A stretch of 43,265 nt of DNA. Source: Archangiaceae bacterium. GTDB taxonomy: Bacteria > Myxococcota > Myxococcia > Myxococcales > Myxococcaceae. Under the pieces are notes generated by a model. The model was not told the origin of the DNA and did no database searches. It worked only from the letters and a program-made list of their open reading frames with translations. Where the stretch lies: NCBI GenBank assembly GCA_043750125.1, contig JAYVCD010000014.1, positions 1-43,265 on the forward strand, read 5' to 3'. Position 1 is the stretch's first letter, and every line of letters begins with the position of its first letter. Below, one piece after another: positions 18,782 to 27,542 of this stretch. A program made the position numbers and the translations under genes.

Positions 18782-20169
18782 CCCATTCTCTTCGCAATGC
18801 GCTCTTCGCCGTCGTGACCTCTTTGCTCTGGGCCTGCGGCGGCGGGGGCCTTCCCGACGGGGGCGTCATCAACCCAGACACAATCGCGCCCATCGATGTG
18901 AAGCAATGGGAGGGATTGGTCGACGCAGGCACGCTGAGGTACCTGACCGAGTTGGGCAAGGCACAGCGCGGCGAGTCGGCCGATCTCGATGGCGATGGCA
19001 TCCGCGAGATCCTCTCGCTGCGCTCTGCCGACGGGACCCAGACCTGGATCCAGGAAACGAACGGGGGCGCTCCGGACTTCAAGATCGAGAAGTTTGCCGA
19101 TGGGCGGATCCGCTATTGGTACTGGTACGGCAGCTCGGGGCAGCCGGCAATTCTCGACGAGTCATTTGGGTCGGAAAATCGGCGGGTGACGCTCTTCGAC
19201 TCGAACCACGACTCGAAGTTCGAACGACGGGTCGACGAGCTGCGGGTGGGCGACAATGTCGAGGCGACCGAGTACCTCGATGCGGGCTCGACCGACGGAG
19301 GTCCACAGGGGTTCATCGTCGCGCGCAACTGGGTTCGGCCTGCCAGCTCGGATCAAGGAACCGGAACGTGCAATGGCAACTCCAATTTCCCTTCCCAGCG
19401 CATTTTCGGAGAGGGCAGCAGCCCAGGCTTCTCCGACACCCCGGCGGTCAGCTGCAGCCCGGCTCAACGCACCAAACTGGCCGCTGGGCTCGAATGTGCA
19501 CGAAAACGCCTCGAGTGCGTCGGGCGCAGCAACCCCACGATCAAGAAGGAGGTCGAGGCCCACCTGATCACGGACATCTTGAGGTACGGGTGCAACAACC
19601 CGTGCGCTGGAGCGCTCGCCAGCACGCTGGGCGCCTGGGGAATCAACGCAGCCATCACCAACTTCAACGGCCCGCGCCTCGACAGCTGGACCCCAGAGCA
19701 AACATGCACCACCGTGCTGCACGAGCTGATGCACGCGGCGAAAGTCAGCCAGGGTCCCAGCCACGAAGACGGCATCGACCCGATCTATGCGTGTGCAAGG
19801 TACTGCGCCGGCTGCATTCAATTCGGCGGCGCCTTCAGCGCTGGAAGCTTCCCCAGCGCCAACATGGATTGTGTTCGCTGCTCTGAGGACCCGATGGAAA
19901 AGAAGCGCTGCGGGGTGAAGAACGAGCTGATCACCAGCTCCAAGTGCGCCGGCCTGCCGCTGTGCCACGGGGGAATTGGTGTGAACAGCCTTTGCGAGAC
20001 CTGCCAAAATCTGGAAAGCAAAGACTGCGAAGGCACCGCTTTGGGTGTCCCCTTTTTCAATTGCTGCCAGACGTGCCCTGCAAACGCCATTCGACTCAAT
20101 GACAAGCCTTGTCCGGGCCCGATCATGCCCAGCGACACCTGCAGCACAAAGCCCCCAGAATGTCCGTGA
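18778..20169 (+). CDS. Cys-rich putative lipoprotein with HExxH zinc-peptidase-like motif
   Basis: LLWAC lipobox, DLDGDG and DSNHD Ca-binding-like loops, VLHELMH, and a very Cys-rich C-terminal half. ATGA overlap with the vWA gene. Confidence 0.75.
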   Translation: MTHSLRNALFAVVTSLLWACGGGGLPDGGVINPDTIAPIDVKQWEGLVDAGTLRYLTELGKAQRGESADLDGDGIREILSLRSADGTQTWIQETNGGAPDFKIEKFADGRIRYWYWYGSSGQPAILDESFGSENRRVTLFDSNHDSKFERRVDELRVGDNVEATEYLDAGSTDGGPQGFIVARNWVRPASSDQGTGTCNGNSNFPSQRIFGEGSSPGFSDTPAVSCSPAQRTKLAAGLECARKRLECVGRSNPTIKKEVEAHLITDILRYGCNNPCAGALASTLGAWGINAAITNFNGPRLDSWTPEQTCTTVLHELMHAAKVSQGPSHEDGIDPIYACARYCAGCIQFGGAFSAGSFPSANMDCVRCSEDPMEKKRCGVKNELITSSKCAGLPLCHGGIGVNSLCETCQNLESKDCEGTALGVPFFNCCQTCPANAIRLNDKPCPGPIMPSDTCSTKPPECP

Positions 20170-20192
20170 GTCGGTAACACCCGAGGGGACGA

Positions 20193-20263
20193 GGAAGAAG
20201 GGTTCGTGGGCGAACGATACTAGCGTGCGCGAAATGCAACTCACTTCCCATTGGGGAAAGTCT
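20193..20263 (+). repeat. 71-bp direct repeat, copy 2 (contains the LOG gene start)
   Basis: 64/71 identical to 17626-17696. Confidence 0.9.
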
Positions 20264-20986
20264 TCTCGGACCCACGACGAACGGTTGTTCCTGCAGGGTC
20301 CCGCGCGCCGGGGAACCGAGCTTCGCCGCGCACTGCGCATCTTCGTCGAGTGCATCAAGGGGTTCCGCGCGCTGCACTTCGTCGGGCCCTGCGTCACCGT
20401 CTTCGGGTCGGCGCGCTTCGATGAAAACCATCGGTACTACGCGCTTGCCCGCGCGGTCGGCCGCGGTCTGGGCGAAGCGGGCTTCACGGTGATGACTGGC
20501 GGAGGACCGGGGGTGATGGAAGCCGCCAACCGCGGGGCGCGAGAGGCGAACGCTCCGTCGATTGGCTGCAACATCACGCTCCCGACCGAGCAACAGCCCA
20601 ACCCGTACCTCGATCAGATGATCGAGTTTCGCTACTTCTTCATCCGCAAGCTGATGCTGGTGAAGTACTCGTACGCGTTCGTGGTGATGCCCGGAGGTTT
20701 CGGGACCCTCGACGAGCTGTTCGAGACCGCCACGCTGATCCAGACCGGGAAGATCCTCGGCTTCCCCGTGGTGCTGGTGGGCCGCGATTTCTGGCAGCCG
20801 ATCCTCGATCAGTTGCGCACCAGCCTGGTCGGCCAGCGGACGATTTCGCCCACCGATCTCGACCACCTGCGGATCACGGACTCAGCCGAGGAAGCGGTGG
20901 GCTGGATTCGCGAGAAGGCGCTCAATGACTACAAGCTGACCTATGGGCCCCGCGCTCGCCGGCGATGGTTCTTCGGCGAGGGGTGA
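20234..20986 (+). CDS. LOG family (TIGR00730-type) nucleotide phosphoribohydrolase
   Basis: VTVFGSAR, TGGGPGVMEAANRGA, EQQPNPY, FFIRK, PGGFGTLDE. Confidence 0.93.
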   Translation: MQLTSHWGKSSRTHDERLFLQGPARRGTELRRALRIFVECIKGFRALHFVGPCVTVFGSARFDENHRYYALARAVGRGLGEAGFTVMTGGGPGVMEAANRGAREANAPSIGCNITLPTEQQPNPYLDQMIEFRYFFIRKLMLVKYSYAFVVMPGGFGTLDELFETATLIQTGKILGFPVVLVGRDFWQPILDQLRTSLVGQRTISPTDLDHLRITDSAEEAVGWIREKALNDYKLTYGPRARRRWFFGEG

Positions 20987-21473
20987 TTTCACCCTTGGCA
21001 GCCCAGCCCATGCCACGCCTGCCCGCACCCGCCACCTTGAATGATACAGCGGCATTCATCGCGCGCGGCGCAGTCGAAGAGCTTCCCGGCGGCCGCTGGT
21101 CGATGCGCCTGGAGTTTTCCCACCCGGGGGGCACCGGCCAACGCCAGCTCGAGGGCGATAGCTGTGAAGAGTTGGTCGACGCCGCTGCGTTGATGCTTTC
21201 GCTCGCCCCACGCAGCGCGTTCTGGCTGCAGCGTCCTTCCGGGTGAAGCTCGACGCCGCGTGGGTGCTGCGGCCGGTGAGACTCGAAGCCCGCCTCGCCT
21301 ATGGCTTTTCGCAGACGGTGCTGGGCAACCCCAGGCCCGGCGCGGGGGTCGAGCTGTCGGTGGGGGTCTTGGCCAGCCGCCCGTCGTTTGTCGTCGACGA
21401 CCTGGGGCAGGTATACCAACCGCGCTGGGTGTTCGGCCGAGGCTCGCTCGGTTTGTCCGTTCAACTTTGGTGA
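20983..21473 (+). pseudogene. Fragmented myxobacterial envelope protein remnant (two pieces)
   Basis: RQLEGDSCEELVDAAALMLSLA in one frame and a beta-strand-like end (RPSFVVDDLGQVYQP...GLSVQLW) in the next; no signal peptide. Family recognised from memory. Confidence 0.4.
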
Positions 21474-21509
21474 CGGATTTAGACAGCAGTGGCCATTCAA
21501 CACCTGAAC

Positions 21510-21986
21510 ATGACCCCGGCCTCGGCCGACACCGCGTTGCCCCTGCCCGACTTGCGAAGCGGCGAGCACCCGCTGGCGGCAGACTAGCTGCGCATCGCCG
21601 AAGCATTTCAGCGGCGCCTCGCGGCGGCCGACGCAGTCCCTGGCCCTGGGCCTCATCCTCCTGCGGTTGGCGGCTGGGCGATTCGAGCCAAGGTGCTGCT
21701 GAGTGGAATCGGGCTGGCGTCCCTGGTGGCGGCTGTGTTGTGGCAGCCGGCGCCCCCGGTCGCGGCAGTGCACGACGACCCGGTGGTCGACCCGAAAACG
21801 CCCGCGGTGTTCGAGAAGACCCTCGTTCGAGCCAAAGTCCACCCCCGCACTCTGATCGTCACCCCGACGGGACCGCGCTCGCCCACGGCCACGCGCAGGG
21901 ATCCTCGGTGCAGTTGTCCGCGCTGTTGGGACAGGTTCGTCTCGCGCTGGCCATCCCTGAAGCCCCCGCGCCCGATCCTGCGGTGA
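21510..21986 (+). pseudogene. Membrane-anchored (anti-sigma-like) remnant with in-frame stop
   Basis: ATG 21510 is in frame with the TM-containing ORF 21693..21986 but is interrupted by TAG at 21585-21587. Confidence 0.35.
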
Positions 21987-22005
21987 GCTCTGCGCGAGGT
22001 GCGCG

Positions 22006-22455
22006 ATGAACCGCACGTTGCTGCTTGGCGCGGCGGTAGCGGCGGTGGCTTCGTGCACTCCGATTGTTTCGATTGGCAGTGACGGGCAGGCCCTGAAAGC
22101 AAAAGTGAACCAATTCTGCGAAGGCTCACTTTCGTATCAGCGAACGCATACTCCGAAGAACGACCATTGCCTTCGTTGGGCCGCGCCGAGCGTCCTCGCC
22201 TACCAGGTCGATGCGCGCGGCAGCCAGAAGACGCCGGGCGATGAAGAGCTCGCTGCCATCGATCGCGCATTCGCTTCCTGGCAGACGGCTTCGGACTTTT
22301 GTTCCGATTGGAAGTTCGTGCCCGGAGAGCGCGTCCAATCCGCCCAGGTCCTTCAGGACGGGAAAACCCAGATTGTTTTTCGCGAATCGCTTTGCGACGA
22401 CGTGGTCGCGAAGACCGAATCGTGTTGGGCCGACCTCCGCTGCGGAAACAAGTGA
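22006..22455 (+). pseudogene. Truncated myxobacterial matrixin-like metalloprotease lipoprotein (MXAN_2677/2678-like N-terminal part)
   Basis: Lipobox VASC, then YQRT...CLRW...DARGS...AIDRAFASW...IVFRE..C; the ORF stops before any HExxH. Confidence 0.55.
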
Positions 22456-22624
22456 ACGACGAGGCCCGTGCTCTTCATCGCCTTGGCAAAGATCATTTGG
22501 ATGCACGCGCCCAATCCGTCACTTCGAGGTCGAAAAAAGAGCAGTCACAACCATCTGACCTCGACCTACTTCTGCATCGCGCGTGCAGCCGGTCGAGCCA
22601 CGAAGCTCCTGCTAATCTGATCGA

Positions 22625-23785
22625 ATGGGCTTTGGGCGACTCCTCGTGGCGGCGACTTGCGGATTTGCGATCGTCAGCTGCATCGGCGGAACGGATTTCG
22701 AGAATCTCGAATTTGGTTGCACCTCGAATGAGCAGTGCGCCAGTGCCCATCACTGTGATCTTTCGAAGGGCTCCTGTGTCCGCGACGGCACCGGCGGCGG
22801 AGTAGGCACCGGCGGCGGAGTAGGCACCGGCGGTGGAGTCAGCACCGGCGGCGGCGGAGTCGGCACCGGCGGCGGAGTCGGCACCGGCGGCGGCTTGGGA
22901 GGTGGAACCGCGGCAGCTGACAGCGGAACGGACGCCGGAGCGGCACTGGGCGCTCTTTGCGGCCTGCCCAGCGACTGTCAAAACGGCCGATGCGTGGACG
23001 GCCGTTGCTGCGACAGCGTCTGCGCGGGGTCGTGCGACTTCTGTGACCTTGCAGGTGCGGAAGGACAATGTTTGCCCGGTCCGCTCGGGCGGGGTCCGAA
23101 GAGCTCTTGCGCAGGCGGCTACGCGTGTGACGGCCAAAGCGCAGCGTGTCCGTCTTCCTGCAGCGGTGATGCGGGATGTTTGGCCGCCCGATGCGGCGCA
23201 GGGGGCGTGTGCATTCCGAAGGTGAGCACCCTGACCGAGGACTACAACTCGGGTGGGTTCGACGCTTCGGTCTGGAACCCACCGCCGTCGGCCTGCACCG
23301 TGGTCAACCAGCAGTACCAAATCGTCACCGCGCCCAACGCGTCGAGCTTCGCGACCGTGAGGACGAAACGCCGCTTCGACCTGCTCGAATCAGAATTCCG
23401 GATTGATCTGGTGAACCCGGGAAATCAGTCGATCTTGACGATGCAGGCCATTGCTCAGGTGTGCACCTATCCGGGCAGCAGCCGCTGCCTTTCGCTCATC
23501 GTCGGCAACAACAAGGTCTACGTTCAGCTGGCAAACAACGCCGTCTACACCGCCCTGATCGCGGCTACGCCCTTGGGTACGGCGGTCCGGTTCCGGGTGC
23601 GAGAACAGAACGGCGTGGTGTCTCTGGCGAAGGTGACCGACGCAGGGACCTGGCTTCAGGTCGGCTCGGGGGTCACCCCTTTCAGCTCCGAATTTTCCGA
23701 CGTGCTCTTTTCCCAGGGAGCCGGCACCTACGCGTTGGAAGCCAGCTCGACCACAGTGGTCTTCGACAACCTCAATTCTCCTTGA
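22625..23785 (+). CDS. Cys-rich lipoprotein with Gly-rich linker and C-terminal beta-rich domain
   Basis: IVSC lipobox, (GTGGGV)n linker, CVDGRCCDSVC Cys repeat, beta-rich tail. Confidence 0.8.
   Translation: MGFGRLLVAATCGFAIVSCIGGTDFENLEFGCTSNEQCASAHHCDLSKGSCVRDGTGGGVGTGGGVGTGGGVSTGGGGVGTGGGVGTGGGLGGGTAAADSGTDAGAALGALCGLPSDCQNGRCVDGRCCDSVCAGSCDFCDLAGAEGQCLPGPLGRGPKSSCAGGYACDGQSAACPSSCSGDAGCLAARCGAGGVCIPKVSTLTEDYNSGGFDASVWNPPPSACTVVNQQYQIVTAPNASSFATVRTKRRFDLLESEFRIDLVNPGNQSILTMQAIAQVCTYPGSSRCLSLIVGNNKVYVQLANNAVYTALIAATPLGTAVRFRVREQNGVVSLAKVTDAGTWLQVGSGVTPFSSEFSDVLFSQGAGTYALEASSTTVVFDNLNSP
22787..22894 (+). repeat. About six copies of an 18-bp coding tandem repeat (GGCACCGGCGGCGGAGT[AC])
   Basis: Directly visible; encodes GTGGGV. 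One unit is 21 bp and the last is partial. Confidence 0.95.
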
Positions 23786-23795
23786 AGGTTCAACT

Positions 23796-24241
23796 TCAGG
23801 AACAGGTGTGCGCGGTGAGGTTGCAGCTCTTGCCCAGCGGACAGTCTTCCTTCTCGTGACATCCAGCGGCGCACTTGAAGATGTTGTTGTCGCAAACGCG
23901 GCCCGAATATCCTCCGCCGCACTCGATGTCGCTTTGGCAGGTGGCATCGAGCGCAGTGCGATGGAAGGTGCTGACCTTCAATGAGCCGTTGATGCCACAG
24001 CGGTAATTGCCCGGGTACACCTGGTCTTTGCCGATCGACGTCGTAGGACTTCACGGTCACAGTGCCATGAACTCCCCCAGTGACGCCGTTGTCGAACTGG
24101 CTGTAGGTGGTTGACGTCTTCGTCCCGGTGTCACCCTCATCGATGATGAAAATCATCTTCAATTTTTTCCCGGCCGCCGCCGACACCGCCGGTTCCCGAG
24201 CCCACGCCGCAGCCACACAGCAGGCCCACAGCGATCATCAT
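23796..24241 (-). pseudogene. Frameshifted, internally deleted Cys-rich lipoprotein
   Basis: RBS plus MMIAVGLLCGCG in one frame, KKLKMIFIIDEG...VKSYDV in a second and GKDQVYPGNYRC...CNLTAHTCS in a third. Confidence 0.55.
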
Positions 24242-24468
24242 TCCTGTCCTTTCATGAAATTCCCGTCCTGGTCTTGCCGTGTGAGAGCCTGACACCGGGG
24301 TGTTTGCTGTGAAAAAATAGCTCACTGTTTGATCCCCTGCGCAAGCAACTGGGCACTTGCGCCAGGGCAAGCGTTACCTCAACGGAACGCAGCCGATGTT
24401 CGACGTTCTTTCGTTGTGGGTGCGAACGGTGAGGACGCCCGTTGTTCCTTGAGACAAGGTCCGTGTTC

Positions 24469-24792
24469 ATGACGACCGACGCGGGCTTCGCAGTCTCTCC
24501 AGAAACGATTCGACTCGGGGACCTCGAGGTGTGCCGCCTCGGTTTCGGCGCGATGCAGCTGCCGGGCAAGGACGTCTGGGGAGAGCCCGAAGATCCGGCC
24601 CGCGCGCGCGAAGTGCTCAAGCGCGTGGTCTCGCTCGGAATGAACTTCATCGATTCGTCCTGGTACTACGGCCCTCACGTTTCGAACCGGCTGATCGCTG
24701 AAACCCTTTATCCGTACCCGAAGGACCTCGTGATCGCCTCGAAGCTCGGAGGCAAGCGAACCCCCGACAAGGGCTGGGCGGTCCATTCATGA
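24469..24792 (+). pseudogene. Aldo/keto reductase, N-terminal third only
   Basis: RLGFGAMQL, GMNFIDSSWYYG, LVIASKLG; stops after about 107 aa. Confidence 0.8.
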
Positions 24793-24802
24793 AGAAAAGC
24801 GG

Positions 24803-24890
24803 GTGAGTGAAGACGTGCTGCGCGCGTTTCTGAACCAACACCTGAAGCAACTTCCGCGCACGGCACTGCGTTACGCGATCGAGCGTTCTC
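24803..24890 (+). pseudogene. C-terminal remnant of an AlkD-like DNA alkylation repair protein
   Basis: LRAFLNQHLKQLPRTALRYAIER resembles the FL..H...MPRTALRYAIE end of that family. Confidence 0.6.
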
Positions 24891-24903
24891 TCGCGCTGAA
24901 CGC

Positions 24904-25773
24904 TCAGCCCTTGCGACGGCGAAGCAGCAACGCGGTCGAGAGCAGCCACAGGCCCCCGCCGGAAGCATCGCAGCTGCAGCCGGCTCCGGGCTGGGGGTCG
25001 ACGCCAGGTTTGGTGATCCGCCCTCCATCGGGCAACCCAGGGCCGGCATCGGCAACGACTTCGCCCGCGTCGACCGTCAGGCCTGCGTCCTCAACCCGGA
25101 CGCCCGAGTCGATTTCAGTTCCCGCATCGGGCCCCCCCGGGCCGGCATCGACGACTTTTCCGGCGTCAGGCCGGCCCGCATCGACGACCATTCCAGAATC
25201 GGGGCGCCCGGCATCCGCGGTTCCGCCGTCCGTCACCGTCGCAGGAGGAGGCACGTAGGTACCTCCGGGTGAGACCAGCGTGACGGTAACGCGAAGGTCG
25301 GTGGGCATGTAGAGCGCAGACACGGCCGCTCCGACGTTCTCGGGCGACGGCTTCACGTTGTTCGTGTCCTTGAGGATCATCGCGATCATGTTCGTGCCCT
25401 TGGTCCAGTCGACCAACGCGAATTGGTAGAAGTTCGGGAAGGCAGTGGTCCAAGTGTAGATGCCCGTCGTGGTGTAGGCCATCAACTGGTCCGTGCACGC
25501 GTAGTTGGGCGTGCCTTCGAAGCAAATCTGAAATTTGGTGGGCGTCGCGGTGGGCTTGGTGAAGACTTCGAGCCGAACCACCGCCGTGCCACTGGCGTAG
25601 TCGATGGGAGAACGCCAATTGAGCGGACTTCCCGGCAGCGGCAAGGCCTTCTTGTGCGAGTCGAACGTGGTCGTGCCCGAGTGGGTGTACGTCAGCTCGG
25701 TAATCACCACCTGAGAGGCCAGGGCGCGGGTTGCCAAGAGCAGCAGGACGAGCATCGACGGACGAAATCCCAT
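24904..25773 (-). CDS. MYXO-CTERM sorted surface protein
   Basis: Signal peptide, beta-rich domain, DAG/DSG repeats and the tail GCSCDASGGGLWLLSTALLLRRRKG. Confidence 0.85.
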   Translation of the reverse strand: MGFRPSMLVLLLLATRALASQVVITELTYTHSGTTTFDSHKKALPLPGSPLNWRSPIDYASGTAVVRLEVFTKPTATPTKFQICFEGTPNYACTDQLMAYTTTGIYTWTTAFPNFYQFALVDWTKGTNMIAMILKDTNNVKPSPENVGAAVSALYMPTDLRVTVTLVSPGGTYVPPPATVTDGGTADAGRPDSGMVVDAGRPDAGKVVDAGPGGPDAGTEIDSGVRVEDAGLTVDAGEVVADAGPGLPDGGRITKPGVDPQPGAGCSCDASGGGLWLLSTALLLRRRKG

Positions 25774-25986
25774 AGGGAGCAAGCTTACCGCCGCAAGCAG
25801 TGCGCTCGGCAATTCACGTGCGCAGAAGTAGCGCGTGATCTCCTACCCGGTACGGCCGAGGAAGGATCCAGCAGATCACCGAGTTCACCAGCTGGTACTA
25901 CACCCCGATGGCGATCGCGTTCACCCGCCATCTGAAAGCGCAGAGCCTCGTCTACGACTGCACGGTACAGCGCGCTGTTCAAACGA

Positions 25987-26178
25987 ATGCTGGACCACGA
26001 GACCATCTCGGTCGAACTCGACTCGGACTACACCGACGTGGCGCGCCGGGTCAGCTTCGTCAACCCCGCTCTTCCCTCGCCGTGTAGATCGAAGATGCCT
26101 CTGGGCGGGCCGCCTCTGACCACCAATGAGGTCGACTTGATCGAGTCGTGGGTCGCAGCCGGGGCTTTGAACAACTGA
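25987..26178 (+). pseudogene. C-terminal remnant of a cytochrome-c-like lipoprotein
   Basis: MPLGGPPLTTNEVDLIESWVAAGALNN end motif; no intact CxxCH or signal peptide upstream in frame. Confidence 0.45.
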
Positions 26179-26218
26179 ACCCTCATTGAGTGCAGGGGCA
26201 GCCATCGAGCCCGCGCTT

Positions 26219-26989
26219 TCAAAGAGGCGGGGTCGATGTGCCGTTTGTTCCTGCGCTCGCTTCTTTGAGTAAGTCTGTTCCCCCCAACAGGCCACGCCAA
26301 CGCCCCAGCGCACCCTCGTAAAAGCCCGCCTCGGCGTCCCAGGTTTTTGGATTTTGAAACGTTCCGAACACCAGGTCCCACAGCGGCAGCTCTGAGAAGT
26401 TGTGGTCGTGCACGCCCCGCTGGTGATGCAGACCGTGCTGCTCCGGCCGCTGGATGAAGTAGCCCACCCACTGCGGGGTCCGGATGTTGGAATGCTCGAA
26501 CAGCCCCGAGACGATGAAGAAGATTCCCGCCAGCGAGGCCGCTTCGGACGTAAGGCCCAGCAAGAAGCCGTAGAAGCCAGTGCTCACCACCGCGAGCAAA
26601 GCGATTTCATTCGGGTGGAAGAAGCACATCCCCGCGGGATCCATGCGCTCGGGCGCGTGGTGCATCTGGTGCACCCAGCGCCACAGAAACGGAAACCGGT
26701 GATGGGCGCGATGCAACCCGTAGACGATCAACTCATAGAGGACGAAGCCGACGACCGCTCCGCCCCAGTCTCCGAAGACCCTTCCGTTGAACAGATGATG
26801 GGCCTCGATGACCGGCCGCAGCGCCCACGGCAGCGCTCCGTTCACTGCGATGGTCAACACGAAGAAAAACAGCCCCCAGGCGCGCCACGGCCCTTCGATT
26901 TCGGGCATCTGCCGTGCCGGTCGATGGCGGTCCAGCCACAGCATCGACAGAAAAGCGACCAGCGACAGGCCAGCAAGGACGAGGCTCAT
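26219..26989 (-). CDS. Sterol desaturase / fatty acid hydroxylase family protein
   Basis: His boxes HRAHH, HQMHH, FEHSN and HGLHH, plus WDLVFGTF and TM helices. Confidence 0.92.
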   Translation of the reverse strand: MSLVLAGLSLVAFLSMLWLDRHRPARQMPEIEGPWRAWGLFFFVLTIAVNGALPWALRPVIEAHHLFNGRVFGDWGGAVVGFVLYELIVYGLHRAHHRFPFLWRWVHQMHHAPERMDPAGMCFFHPNEIALLAVVSTGFYGFLLGLTSEAASLAGIFFIVSGLFEHSNIRTPQWVGYFIQRPEQHGLHHQRGVHDHNFSELPLWDLVFGTFQNPKTWDAEAGFYEGALGRWRGLLGGTDLLKEASAGTNGTSTPPL

Positions 26990-27185
26990 CCCCCTCTGTT
27001 GCTGCTGCGAACCAAAGTGATCCAGCCCCCTTACGTCCGGTAACCCCGCGGAATGCGACCGGTGGTGCGCGCGTGTCGCATCAGGCGAAACCTCGCTGTG
27101 ACTTGCGAATGCTGTTTTCGAATTCTGTTCTCGACTCCGGCGCTAGCCTACCGTCAATCCACCGGGGGAATGGTTGAGGAGCGTG

Positions 27186-27542
27186 ATGCGCATCAGTTGG
27201 GTTCATCTGGGCTTTTGGGTCACTCTTGGCGGCTGCTCCGCCTGGATTGATGACCCGCCCACGTCCCATCTGAAGGGCCGCCCCGGAGCTCCCTCGGTGC
27301 AGGCCCCCGAGCCGCTGATCGTGGTTGCCGAGCCGCTGCACAGCCTCAACCGCGCCGAATACGACAACACGGTCCGCGATCTGCTGGGGACCTCGCTCGC
27401 CCCCGCTCGGGCATTTCCGGCCGACACCTCGGTCGGCGGCTTCGACAACGCTGCCGACGCACTCACCCTGCCCGCTTCGCTTTTCAGCCTTGGTTTGACC
27501 CGTGCCCCCATGAACTTTTGTTGCGCCCCCAAGGCCCTGTGA
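27186..27542 (+). pseudogene. N-terminal fragment of a DUF1587/DUF1592-type lipoprotein
   Basis: LGGC lipobox and LNRAEYDNTVRDLLG...P.D...GFDN, then abrupt loss of the pattern and a stop overlapping the next gene. Confidence 0.75.

Noticed and set aside
22787-22894. Tandem repeat as a possible CRISPR array
   Set aside because: No spacers and no cas genes; it encodes an in-frame Gly-rich linker.
24335-24367. Imperfect inverted repeat (CCCTGCGCAAG...CTTGCGCCAGGG) in a divergent intergenic region
   Set aside because: Single short GC-rich stem with no U-tract and no recognisable RNA family; both flanking genes are remnants.
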